A DNA stretch of 64,000 nucleotides from positions 14,628 to 78,627 of the forward strand of contig DCIE01000070.1 of NCBI GenBank assembly GCA_002315765.1. The letters run 5' to 3'. The translations under genes were made by a program, and so were the position numbers. This DNA comes from Ruminococcaceae bacterium UBA1734 (GTDB taxonomy: Bacteria; Bacillota; Clostridia; Oscillospirales; Acutalibacteraceae). How positions within the stretch are numbered: position 1 is the first letter of the stretch; the number at the start of each line of letters is the position of its first letter. The notes under the pieces were generated by a model, which was not told the DNA's origin, did no database searches, and was given only the letters and a program-made list of their open reading frames with translations. Below are positions 20,944 through 29,874 of this stretch, in pieces.

Positions 20944-21698
20944 TTAGAAATAATTATCATACACATACGGTATTTTGCGATGGCTCGGATACTGCCGAGG
21001 ATATTGTTAAAACGGCAATTAATATGGGATGTACCGAAATCGGATTTACAGGTCATAGTTATACCGATATTCCCGATGAGGACCCTTTTTGTATGACTCT
21101 CGAAAATACCGATTTGTATATTAAAGAAATTAGTCGTCTTAAAAGAGAATACGAAGGCAAAATCAAAATACTTTTAGGTGTTGAGCAAGATTATTATTCC
21201 ACCCAAAAGACCGATACTTATGAATATGTTATCGGTTCGGTACACTATGTTCTTAAAGACGGAGTTTATATTTCCATCGACTACTCAAAACAGGTATTAA
21301 TCGATGCTGTAAATAGGTTTTACAATGGGGATTTCTATGCTTTAGCCGAGGATTATTATAACCTTGTAGGCGATATTTACAATAAGACAAAATGCGACAT
21401 TGTAGGACATTTTGATATTATTACAAAATTCAATGAGAACAAGGATTTGTTTGATGTTAATAATAAACGATATGTTGATGCCTATACCAAAGCATTAAAT
21501 AAATTAATGGGTAAAGGATTATGTTTTGAGGTTAATTTCGGTGCTGTTGCGAGAAATTACCGAACAACACCATATCCCCAAAAAGAAATACTTAATAAAA
21601 TTATTGAAAATAAAGAAAAAATAATTTATTCATCCGATTGTCATAATAAAGAAAACTTGCTTTTCGGAATTAACGGTGATAATATTTATATTAAATAA
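20940..21698 (+). CDS. hisK: histidinol-phosphatase, PHP family
   Basis: 252 aa. The PHP motif NYHTHTVFCDG..GFTGHS..GSVHY..VGHFD is present. Last cistron of the his operon (ATGA overlap with hisIE). Confidence 0.8.
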   Translation: MIRNNYHTHTVFCDGSDTAEDIVKTAINMGCTEIGFTGHSYTDIPDEDPFCMTLENTDLYIKEISRLKREYEGKIKILLGVEQDYYSTQKTDTYEYVIGSVHYVLKDGVYISIDYSKQVLIDAVNRFYNGDFYALAEDYYNLVGDIYNKTKCDIVGHFDIITKFNENKDLFDVNNKRYVDAYTKALNKLMGKGLCFEVNFGAVARNYRTTPYPQKEILNKIIENKEKIIYSSDCHNKENLLFGINGDNIYIK

Positions 21699-21761
21699 GT
21701 TTAGGGTTACTCTTATCGGGTAACCCTATATGTACATTATTATAATGTAGGAGATGAAAGT

Positions 21762-22763
21762 ATGTGGGGACCTCCTCCAAGAGGTATGTTTAACGCTACC
21801 GAAAAATTAAAAGAACCTAAACCCGAAAAATTATCCCAAGTTCCCGGATATTTATGGCGGCTTGTGTCTAAATTTTTTTCAAGACTTTTTTATATTTTTA
21901 GGCTTGTATGGGATGCTAAACCGTGGATTTTAATTGTTATGATGTTAAATTCATTGTTAAACGGTATCTTTCCGGTTATTACCGCCATTATTTCAGCACA
22001 GGTGCTAAACCTTTTGGCCGAGGTAATTAAGGGTACAATAGATAGCTTTAATAGGATAATTTTTATTTTGATTTTGCAATTTGCTTTTCAGTTTATAGTG
22101 TCTTTAACGGGTACTGTACATACTATGATTATGCGTGTGGCGAATGAGCTTGTAACCAATGCAATTAAAATTAAAATTATTTCAAAAGCCAAGGATATCG
22201 ACCTTAAAAATTTTGATATGCCCGAATTTTATGAGAAAATGGAAAATGCACATAGAGAAGCAAGTATGCGACCGGTTAATACACTCAATTCTTTATTTTC
22301 CATTATTTCTTCGATAATTTCGGTTGCAAGTTTTATCGTAATTCTTGCAAATGTCAGTTATTTTGCACCGCTTATTATGGTTATTCTTGCCATACCGGTT
22401 GCCGTAATTAATTATATATACCGTAAAAAGAATTTCCTCTATATGAGGTGGCGTAGCAGAGACCGCCGTGAAATGAATTATTACAGCGATGTTCTTGTTG
22501 ATAAAGACTTGGCAAAAGAAGTTAAAATCTTTTCTCTTTCCGACACATTTGTAACTGCTTTTAAGTCAACTTTCAATAGATATTTCGGCGGTATAAAGAA
22601 ACTTGCCGTTCAAGAAGGCGCTTGGAATATTGGTGTATCGGTTACAACAAGCACTGTAAACTGCGGTATATTCTTATTTATTGCAAAAAAGGTTTATGAC
22701 GGCTCAATGAAACTCGGAGATTATAATCTTTATACCGGTGCATTAAGTTCCATGTTCAATGAT
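21762..22763 (+). pseudogene. 5' fragment of an ABC exporter gene (transmembrane domain only, no nucleotide-binding domain)
   Basis: The N-terminus MWGPPPRGMFNATEKLKEPKPEKL... is typical of Firmicute multidrug-type ABC exporters. About 330 aa of TM helices follow, then the frame runs straight into integrase sequence. No Walker A/B or signature motif is present. The junction is placed by eye at ~22752-22770. Confidence 0.7.
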
Positions 22764-23600
22764 GGGTACTCACGGAATACGCTGACAACAATCCGTAGGA
22801 TACTCTCAGGCTCGCTAAATTACGCCGTAGACACGGTTCAATTCATACAGAGCAATCCTATGAGGATGGTCAAGATACCGTCTGATAGGGCGGTTCCTGA
22901 CACTCCTACGAGGTCTTCTCCTCATGTATATATACCAAGCGATAAGATAGAAATGATATTCAAGAGGTTCCCAGAAGGTTCATCTTCTTTTATTCCGATG
23001 CAGTTTGGATATAGATGTGGTATGAGACTCGGAGAGGCATTTGGTGTCTATTGGGAAGATATCGACTTTGATAATCGAACGGTATCAATCAATAGACAGG
23101 TTCAATGGCACAACAGCGAAAAGTATTGGTACTTTTCAAATCCAAAGTATAATTCTTTCCGAACCATTGAACTTGACAGTGAACTACTGGAAATATTAAA
23201 GCGTGAATACGACAAGCAACAGCGTGCTCGTATCTACTATGACGACTTGTATGTAAGTCTGTATGAAGACAATCGCAGAGTTTTGAACACAAATGGAGAG
23301 GGGTCGATAATTCACCCTGTAGCAGTTCGTGAAAACGGTGCTTTCATTATCCCAAGAACAATGCAACATACGAGCGGGATAATACATCACGATCTCGAAT
23401 ATCCAGACTTTACATTCCATTCATTTAGGCACACGCACGCAACTATGCTTGCTGAATCTGGTGCTCCTATGAAATACACTCAGGAACGATTAGGGCACAA
23501 AGACATCACCGTAACGATGCAAATATATCAGCACGCATCACCGAACATTCGGCAGGAAGGTTTGGGAGTTATAGAAAAAATGTTTTCAAAAGAAGCGTAA
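22764..23600 (+). mobile_element. 5'-truncated tyrosine recombinase (phage/ICE integrase) gene fragment fused in frame to the ABC fragment
   Basis: The catalytic domain is intact (..CGMRLGEAFGVYWEDID.., FHSFRHTHATML, LGHKDITVTMQIYQH), but only the end of the core-binding domain remains (YSRNTLTTIRRILSGSLNYAVD). There is an abrupt shift to AGG/CGG/ATA/ACG/TCG/GGG codons and higher G+C. Confidence 0.8.
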
Positions 23601-23642
23601 AAAAATAGGGGCAGGACATTACATCCTACCCCTTGTTTTTTT
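23600..23642. terminator. bidirectional intrinsic terminator (integrase fragment / GGGtGRT operon)
   Basis: A-tract, then aggggcagga-cattaca-tcctacccct (10-bp stem, one mismatch), then tgttttttt. Confidence 0.7.
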
Positions 23643-23744
23643 GCCCACATCTGTTTTCGTGGTGGGCAAATGGTGGTCAATTTGGTATTTTTACTGTTTT
23701 TTCACTCTGTCGTAGAAAAACTCAAAATGCGAGAAACACTTGAT

Positions 23745-24761
23745 TTATCGGCGTTTTAAGGCTTCTTCGACAGCCACAGCACAGGCTACAGTACATCCAA
23801 CCATGGGGTTGTTACCGGCACCGATAAGTCCCATCATCTCAACATGAGCCGGAACTGAAGAAGAACCTGCAAACTGAGCATCGGAATGCATACGGCCCAT
23901 AGTATCGGTCATACCGTAACTTGAAGGACCGGCACCCATATTATCAGGATGAAGTGTTCTACCTGTACCGCCACCGGAGGCAACGGAGAAATAATTGATA
24001 CCGTTTTCAATGCACCACTTTTTGTAAGTACCTGCAACAGGATGCTGGAAACGAGTTGGGTTGGTGGAGTTACCTGTAATCGAAACACCTACATTCTCAA
24101 GACGCATAATTGCAACGCCCTCGGGAACATTGTCAGCACCGTAGCACTTAACATCGGCGCGTTGACCTTTGGAGAAAGCCTTTGTTTCAACAACCTTAAC
24201 TTCCTCGGCATAAGGGTCAAACTCGGTCTCAACATAGGTGAAACCGTTAATTCTTGAAATAATATAAGCGGCGTCCTTACCGAGACCGTTAAGAATTACA
24301 CGGAGAGGTTTAACACGAACCTTGTTAGCATTAAGCGCAATCTTAATTGCACCTTCAGCAGCGGCAAAAGACTCATGACCTGCCAAGAAGCAGAAGCATT
24401 CTGTTTCTTCGGAAAGAAGCATTTTACCTAAATTACCGTGGCCGAGACCAACCTTGCGGTTTTCGGCAACCGAACCGGGAATACAAAAAGACTGTAAACC
24501 GATACCGATATTTGCAGCGGCAGTAGCGGCTGACTTATCGCCGGTCTTTTCAGCAGCCTTAATGGCAATAGCAGAACCTACAGTATAAGCCCACTTTGCA
24601 TTTTCAAAACAAATCGGCTGAGTTTCCTGAACGATGGTATAAGGGTCAATTCCTGCATTAGCACAGATTTCCTTACATTCATCAATAGAGGAGATACCGT
24701 ATTCTTTAAGAACGCCGAGGATTTTGCCCTCGCGTCTTTCGTAACCTTCAAATTGTGCCAT
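23745..24761 (-). CDS. GGGtGRT family protein (function unknown)
   Basis: 338 aa with the eponymous motif ...VASGGGTGRTLHPDNMGAGPSSYGMTDTMGRMHSD... SD aggagg. High-expression-type codon bias. Confidence 0.8.
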   Translation of the reverse strand: MAQFEGYERREGKILGVLKEYGISSIDECKEICANAGIDPYTIVQETQPICFENAKWAYTVGSAIAIKAAEKTGDKSAATAAANIGIGLQSFCIPGSVAENRKVGLGHGNLGKMLLSEETECFCFLAGHESFAAAEGAIKIALNANKVRVKPLRVILNGLGKDAAYIISRINGFTYVETEFDPYAEEVKVVETKAFSKGQRADVKCYGADNVPEGVAIMRLENVGVSITGNSTNPTRFQHPVAGTYKKWCIENGINYFSVASGGGTGRTLHPDNMGAGPSSYGMTDTMGRMHSDAQFAGSSSVPAHVEMMGLIGAGNNPMVGCTVACAVAVEEALKRR

Positions 24762-24775
24762 AATCTTCGACCTCC

Positions 24776-25477
24776 TTATTCTTTGCGTGGGTCAATATAC
24801 TTAACGGCGCCGTCTTCTTCGGTGAAACGGCCGTAATGACCCATTGATTTTTTATATGCTTCGTTAGGCTCCATACCGTTCTTAATAAAGTCGGTCATTT
24901 TGCCTAAAGAAACGAATTCGTAACCGATTACTTCGTTATTTTCATCAAGAGCCATTCTTGTGCAATAACCCTCGGTCATTTCAAGGTAACGAACACCTTT
25001 TTCTTTGGTTCCGTACATTGTACCAACCATTGAACGGTGGCCCTTACCCAAATCTTCCATACCGGCACCGATAACAAGACCGTCATCAGAGAAAGCGGAT
25101 TGGCTACGACCGTAAACAATCTGTAAGAAAAGTTCACGCATAGCTGTATTAATAGCATCGCAAACAAGGTCGGTATTAAGGGCTTCCAAAACAGTTTTGC
25201 CCGGAAGAATTTCCGCAGCCATAGCAGCGGAGTGAGTCATACCCGAACAACCGATTGTTTCAACAAGAGCCTCTTCAATAATACCACCCTTAACATTAAG
25301 GGAAAGTTTACAAGCGCCCTGCTGAGGTGCACACCAACCAACACCGTGAGTGTAAGCTGAAATGTCTTTAATTTCTTTTGCTTCTACCCATTTGCCTTCT
25401 TCCGGAATCGGAGCAGGACCGTGATGCGGACCTTTGGCAATGGGACACATGTTTTTAACTTCTTCTGAAATTGTCAT
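24776..25477 (-). CDS. IscU/NifU-like Fe-S scaffold-domain protein, partner of the GGGtGRT protein
   Basis: Start moved to MTISEEVKNMCP (SD aaaggag). IscU-like pattern GVGWCAPQQGACKLSLNVKGGIIEEALVETIGCSGMTHSAAMAAEILPGKTVLEALN. It ends 14 nt upstream of the GGGtGRT gene. Confidence 0.7.
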   Translation of the reverse strand: MTISEEVKNMCPIAKGPHHGPAPIPEEGKWVEAKEIKDISAYTHGVGWCAPQQGACKLSLNVKGGIIEEALVETIGCSGMTHSAAMAAEILPGKTVLEALNTDLVCDAINTAMRELFLQIVYGRSQSAFSDDGLVIGAGMEDLGKGHRSMVGTMYGTKEKGVRYLEMTEGYCTRMALDENNEVIGYEFVSLGKMTDFIKNGMEPNEAYKKSMGHYGRFTEEDGAVKYIDPRKE

Positions 25478-25654
25478 AACATATACTCCTTTTATGTATT
25501 TGGAAATATCCATACTAATGTATTATATCAATTATAAAACAAAATTACAATACCAAAAACGACAAAATTTTAAACATCTCATTAATAATGTTTATCGCTA
25601 TGTAATAATATTATTGAAAAATATGGATTTTTTGCGTATTAAAAGTAAAATTTG

Positions 25655-25683
25655 TTGAATAAATCATTAAACTGTGTTAAAAT
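25655..25683 (+). promoter_or_regulatory. sigma-A type promoter of mnmE-mnmG
   Basis: TTGAAT, 17-nt spacer, TAAAAT, with a TG two bases upstream of the -10 element. Confidence 0.5.
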
Positions 25684-25713
25684 TAATTGTTAATAAACAA
25701 AAAGGGGATTGTT

Positions 25714-27078
25714 ATGTCCGAAAAGACTATTGCAGCCATTTCAACACCGCTTGGCGCCGGTGGTATAGCCGTTATAAGAATTTCCGGTGATGACGCCGTA
25801 AAAATCGCTGATAAATGTTTTAAGTCATATTCAGGAAAATCTCTTCTTTCGCTAAAAGGATACACTGCGTCATACGGTCAAATTGTCAATAATGAAACGG
25901 TTATTGACGATGGTGTTGCGCTTGTTTTTTTATCTCCTAAAAGTTACACGGGAGAAAATGTGGTGGAAATTTCGGTGCACGGCGGAAGAATTGTGGCACG
26001 GGATGCTTTAAGAACCGTTTTGGATGCCGGTGCGGTTCCTGCCGAAAACGGCGAATTTACCAAGAGGGCATTTTTAAACGGTAAACTTGATTTGGCAGCC
26101 GCCGAAAGTATTATGGGTATTATTTCCGCTAAAAACGAAACGGCACTTAAGATTTCAAGAAATGCCAAAGAAGGGCGTATTTCTAAAGAAATAAATTCAA
26201 TAATTGAAAGACTTTTGGAATTTTCCGCTTCTATGTCGGTTTATGCCGATTATCCCGACGAAGAAATCGATGGGCTTAATCCCATTAGCTTTGGTAATTC
26301 TCTCGGAGAAATATCTTGTTCGCTGAAAAAATTGATTGATAGTTATGATACGGGTAAAATTATCCGTGAGGGTATTGACTGTTGTATTGTTGGTAAACCT
26401 AATGTAGGCAAATCAACACTTATGAATTTACTTTGCGGCAGCGACCGTTCTATTGTTACAGATATTGCCGGAACTACCCGTGATATTATTGAAAGCACTG
26501 TAGATATTGACGGCATAACACTTAATATCTCGGATACGGCAGGTATCAGAAAAACCCATGATGTTGTGGAAATGGCGGGTGTAAATAAGTCGAAGAAAAG
26601 ACTTGATACCGCAACACTTATCTTTGCTGTGTTTGATATATCACGACCTTTTGATAATGACGATTTAGAACTAATCAATAGTCTTGAAAATAATTCAATT
26701 ATTCTTTTAAATAAATCGGATTTGTGCAATAATAGTCAAATTGACTTATCTGTTTTTAAGGGCAGGAAAACAATAAGCATTTCCGCAAAAGAAAACAGCG
26801 GAATAGATGAGCTTAAAAAATATATTTCGGATTTTGTTAATATAAACAATTTTTCGGATAACGATGCAATACTTGTCAGCGAACGACAGCGAGATTGTGT
26901 TCAAAGAGCATATAACTGCATTTTTGATGCAAAAAACACATTGGAAGCAGGATATACTTTAGATGCTGTGGGAGTTTGTGTTGATGACTGTTTGGCCGCT
27001 TTACTTGAACTTACAGGCAAGCGTGTAACTAACGAGGTTTCGGACGAAGTATTCAAAAGATTTTGTGTTGGCAAATAA
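25714..27078 (+). CDS. mnmE: tRNA modification GTPase MnmE
   Basis: Start moved to MSEKTIAAISTPLGAGGIAVIRISG. G domain GKPNVGKSTLMN, DTAGIR, NKSDL. C-terminal ..FCVGK. Confidence 0.92.
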   Translation: MSEKTIAAISTPLGAGGIAVIRISGDDAVKIADKCFKSYSGKSLLSLKGYTASYGQIVNNETVIDDGVALVFLSPKSYTGENVVEISVHGGRIVARDALRTVLDAGAVPAENGEFTKRAFLNGKLDLAAAESIMGIISAKNETALKISRNAKEGRISKEINSIIERLLEFSASMSVYADYPDEEIDGLNPISFGNSLGEISCSLKKLIDSYDTGKIIREGIDCCIVGKPNVGKSTLMNLLCGSDRSIVTDIAGTTRDIIESTVDIDGITLNISDTAGIRKTHDVVEMAGVNKSKKRLDTATLIFAVFDISRPFDNDDLELINSLENNSIILLNKSDLCNNSQIDLSVFKGRKTISISAKENSGIDELKKYISDFVNINNFSDNDAILVSERQRDCVQRAYNCIFDAKNTLEAGYTLDAVGVCVDDCLAALLELTGKRVTNEVSDEVFKRFCVGK

Positions 27079-27097
27079 AATTAAAGAGGGAATTTTC

Positions 27098-28972
27098 TTG
27101 AGCATACCTAAATATAAAGCTGATAATTATGATATTGCCGTAATCGGTGGGGGACATGCCGGTGTCGAAGCCGCACTTGCCGGTGCAAGACTCGGTCTTA
27201 AAACCATAATGTTTACCATAACTCTTGATTGGGTGGGTAATATGCCATGCAACCCGTCAATAGGAGGTACGGCAAAGGGACATCTTGTAAGAGAACTTGA
27301 TGCTTTAGGCGGTGAAATGGGAAAAGCCGCCGATGCCAACACTTTGCAAAGCCGTATGCTAAATAGGGGAAAGGGCCCTGCGGTTTATTCTCTCAGAGCA
27401 CAAATTGACAGGCGAAGATACAGTGAATATATGAAACACGCTGTTGAGTTACAGCAAAATCTCGATGTAAAACAGGCCGAAGTTGTTTCGGTTGAAAACA
27501 AAGAAGACGGTTGGCATTTGACAACAAATCTCGGTGCTGATTTTACCTGCAAAACCGTAATTTTCGCCACCGGAACATTTTTAGGCGGCAGGGTATATGT
27601 AGGCGAGGTTAATTATGAAAGCGGTCCCGACGGAACATTTCCGGCAACAAGGCTATCAAAATCTTTAAAAGAACTCGGAGTTCCCCTCAGAAGATTTAAA
27701 ACCGGTACTCCTGCAAGAGTTGCGAGAGATAGCATTGATTATTCCGTTTTGGAACTTCAAGAAGGGGACGAGAAAACAGTTCCTTTTAGTTTTTCTACCA
27801 AGACACCGCCCGAAAATAAAGTTGTTTGCCATATTGCATATACAAACGATGACACAAAGGAAGTTATCCTTAAAAATATAAACCGTTCACCGCTTTATGC
27901 AGGAGTTATATCGGGTGTGGGACCGAGATATTGTCCGAGTATTGAGGATAAAATAGTCCGTTTTGCAGATAAAAAAAGGCATCAGTTATTTATTGAGCCT
28001 TGCGGTGAAAATACCGAGGAAATGTATCTTCAAGGTATGTCATCCTCACTGCCGGAGGAGGTTCAAATTAAATTTTATCATACAATTAAAGGTCTTGAAA
28101 ATGTCAAGATAATGCGAAATGCTTATGCAATCGAGTATGATTGTGTAGACCCTACAGCACTTAAACCCTCCCTTGAGTTTAAGGATTTTGACGGTCTATT
28201 CGGTGCCGGACAGTTTAACGGCTCATCTGGTTATGAAGAGGCGGCGGCACAAGGACTGATAGCCGGAATTAATGCCGCTATGAAGGTTTTGGGCAAGGAG
28301 GCTTTAATTCTATCAAGAGCATCATCCTATATCGGCACATTAATTGATGACCTTGTAACAAAAGGATGTTCCGACCCTTATCGTATGATGACTTCAAGGA
28401 GTGAATACAGGCTTTTATTACGGCAGGACAATGCCGATGAAAGACTTATGCCCAAGGGTTTTGAGTTAGGACTTATTTCGAAGGAACAGTATGATGAATT
28501 TTTGGAGAAAAAGGCTGAAAAAGAGGCTGAAATTGAAAGGATAAACAATACATATTTATCTCCTTGTGATGCCCTAAACGATGTACTTATCCAAAACGAA
28601 ACAACACCCCTTTCAACCGGTTGTTGCCTTGCTGACTTGATTAAAAGACCTCAGCTTAATTATAAAATCCTTGCCGATTTTGATAAAAACCGTCCGATAC
28701 TTCCCGATGATGTTTGCGAAAAGGTTGAAATAGAAATTAAATACGAGGGTTATATAAGTAGGCAACAAGCCCAAATCAACGAAACATTAAGACTTGAAAG
28801 CAAACTTATTCCGGACGATATTAATTATGATGATGTTTACGGTCTTAGGCTTGAAGCAAAAGAAAAACTTAATAAAATAAGACCGCATAGCATTGGTCAA
28901 GCCGGAAGAATATCCGGTGTCAGCCCATCGGACATTTCGGTATTATTGATTTATTTAAAAGGTAGGTCATAA
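27098..28972 (+). CDS. mnmG: tRNA uridine 5-carboxymethylaminomethyl modification enzyme MnmG
   Basis: YDIAVIGGGHAGVEAALAGARLG, NPSIGGTAKGHLVRELDALGG, GVGPRYCPSIEDK. Start placed at TTG 27098 (SD agaggga) rather than the overlapping GTG 27065. The start is uncertain. Confidence 0.9.
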   Translation: MSIPKYKADNYDIAVIGGGHAGVEAALAGARLGLKTIMFTITLDWVGNMPCNPSIGGTAKGHLVRELDALGGEMGKAADANTLQSRMLNRGKGPAVYSLRAQIDRRRYSEYMKHAVELQQNLDVKQAEVVSVENKEDGWHLTTNLGADFTCKTVIFATGTFLGGRVYVGEVNYESGPDGTFPATRLSKSLKELGVPLRRFKTGTPARVARDSIDYSVLELQEGDEKTVPFSFSTKTPPENKVVCHIAYTNDDTKEVILKNINRSPLYAGVISGVGPRYCPSIEDKIVRFADKKRHQLFIEPCGENTEEMYLQGMSSSLPEEVQIKFYHTIKGLENVKIMRNAYAIEYDCVDPTALKPSLEFKDFDGLFGAGQFNGSSGYEEAAAQGLIAGINAAMKVLGKEALILSRASSYIGTLIDDLVTKGCSDPYRMMTSRSEYRLLLRQDNADERLMPKGFELGLISKEQYDEFLEKKAEKEAEIERINNTYLSPCDALNDVLIQNETTPLSTGCCLADLIKRPQLNYKILADFDKNRPILPDDVCEKVEIEIKYEGYISRQQAQINETLRLESKLIPDDINYDDVYGLRLEAKEKLNKIRPHSIGQAGRISGVSPSDISVLLIYLKGRS

Positions 28973-28974
28973 TT

Positions 28975-29619
28975 ATGTATAAAAATCTTTTTCGTGCTCT
29001 TGAAAACAATAATATTAAACCTTACTACGCTGAAAATAAGGCTAAAGCTTTGGAAATTGTTAAGGAATTATTATTTGAAAACGCCGTTATTACCGGCGGA
29101 GGTTCGGTTTCGGTAAATCAAATCGGCGTGAATGATTTATTAAAAAACGGCAATTACAACTACTTTGACAGAAACAAAAAAGGAATTTCGGCAGATGAAC
29201 AACTTAATGTATTTAAAGCGACTGTGGGTGCTGATTTTTATTTTTGTTCTACCAATGCTTTGACCGAAAACGGTGAGCTTATTAATGTTGACGGTAATTC
29301 CAACAGGATAAGTGCCATTGCCTTCGGTCCTAAAAAAGTAATTATGATTGTGGGTAAAAATAAGATAGTCAAAAATGTAGAAGAGGGAATACTAAGGGTT
29401 AAAAAAACAGCCGCACCTTTAAACTGTGAGAGATTGGGAATTGATAATCCCTGCAGAAAGCTCGGACATTGTATATCCCTTGAAAATAATGATAACCCTT
29501 CAATGACCGACGGTTGTAACTGTTTGACAAGAATTTGCAGGAATTATCTTATTTCAGGCAAACAAAAGGACAAAGACAGAATAAACCTTATTTTGGTTGA
29601 CGAGGATTTGGGTTATTGA
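28975..29619 (+). CDS. LUD-domain (lactate-utilisation LutC/YkgG-like) protein with a C-terminal Cys cluster
   Basis: 214 aa. ..CSTNALTENGELINVDGNSNR.., Cys-rich ..NCERLGIDNPCRKLGHC...CNCLTRIC.., ending ..LILVDEDLGY. Confidence 0.6.
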   Translation: MYKNLFRALENNNIKPYYAENKAKALEIVKELLFENAVITGGGSVSVNQIGVNDLLKNGNYNYFDRNKKGISADEQLNVFKATVGADFYFCSTNALTENGELINVDGNSNRISAIAFGPKKVIMIVGKNKIVKNVEEGILRVKKTAAPLNCERLGIDNPCRKLGHCISLENNDNPSMTDGCNCLTRICRNYLISGKQKDKDRINLILVDEDLGY

Positions 29620-29788
29620 TTTTTTTAGGTAATCCACCTGATATCATGGGAAAATCGTTTTCACTGTCGCTTGTGGGCTGGATTTGATATGTTCCGTATT
29701 TGTTTATCATATCGGCGGCATCTACAGGTTGACCGTGAACACTTTCTACACTGATTTCGGTATTTATTCTTTTCTTATCATTTTTCAT
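29588..29788 (-). CDS. hypothetical small protein (66 aa)
   Basis: Only an ORF plus a GGTGA SD 5 nt upstream. Its 3' end overlaps the convergent LUD gene by 32 nt. I recognise no family. Confidence 0.3.
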   Translation of the reverse strand: MKNDKKRINTEISVESVHGQPVDAADMINKYGTYQIQPTSDSENDFPMISGGLPKKINNPNPRQPK

Positions 29789-29809
29789 AATTTATCACCA
29801 TATTTATCT

Positions 29810-29838
29810 TTGACAAATACGGTTTAAATATGTATAAT
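29810..29838 (+). promoter_or_regulatory. consensus sigma-A promoter of serS
   Basis: TTGACA (29810-29815), 17-nt spacer, TATAAT (29833-29838). Confidence 0.7.
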
Positions 29839-29874
29839 AAAAAATGCTTTATTATTATGTTCGGAGGAATTAAA

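Noticed and set aside
21702-21728. The hairpin tagggttac...gtaacccta after hisK as the his operon terminator.
   Set aside because: The 9-bp stem is real but no U-tract follows it (tatgtaca). I cannot call it an intrinsic terminator. It may be a processing or stability element, or Rho-dependent termination may apply.
22764-25513. Treating the integrase fragment plus the G+C-richer GGGtGRT / IscU-like genes as one horizontally acquired island.
   Set aside because: The two regions have different codon signatures. The integrase uses rare AGG/CGG/ATA/ACG codons. The GGGtGRT pair uses the same AAG/GGT/GCT/GTT/TAC bias as the evidently native, highly expressed binding-protein gene at 8141-9361. A bidirectional terminator separates them. 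Island membership of the pair is not supported, although I cannot formally exclude it.
29620-29874. A T-box leader upstream of serS (and similarly upstream of the his operon and metG).
   Set aside because: No specifier-loop or T-box antiterminator consensus is visible. The consensus serS promoter lies only ~37 nt from the start codon, which leaves no room for a ~200-nt leader.
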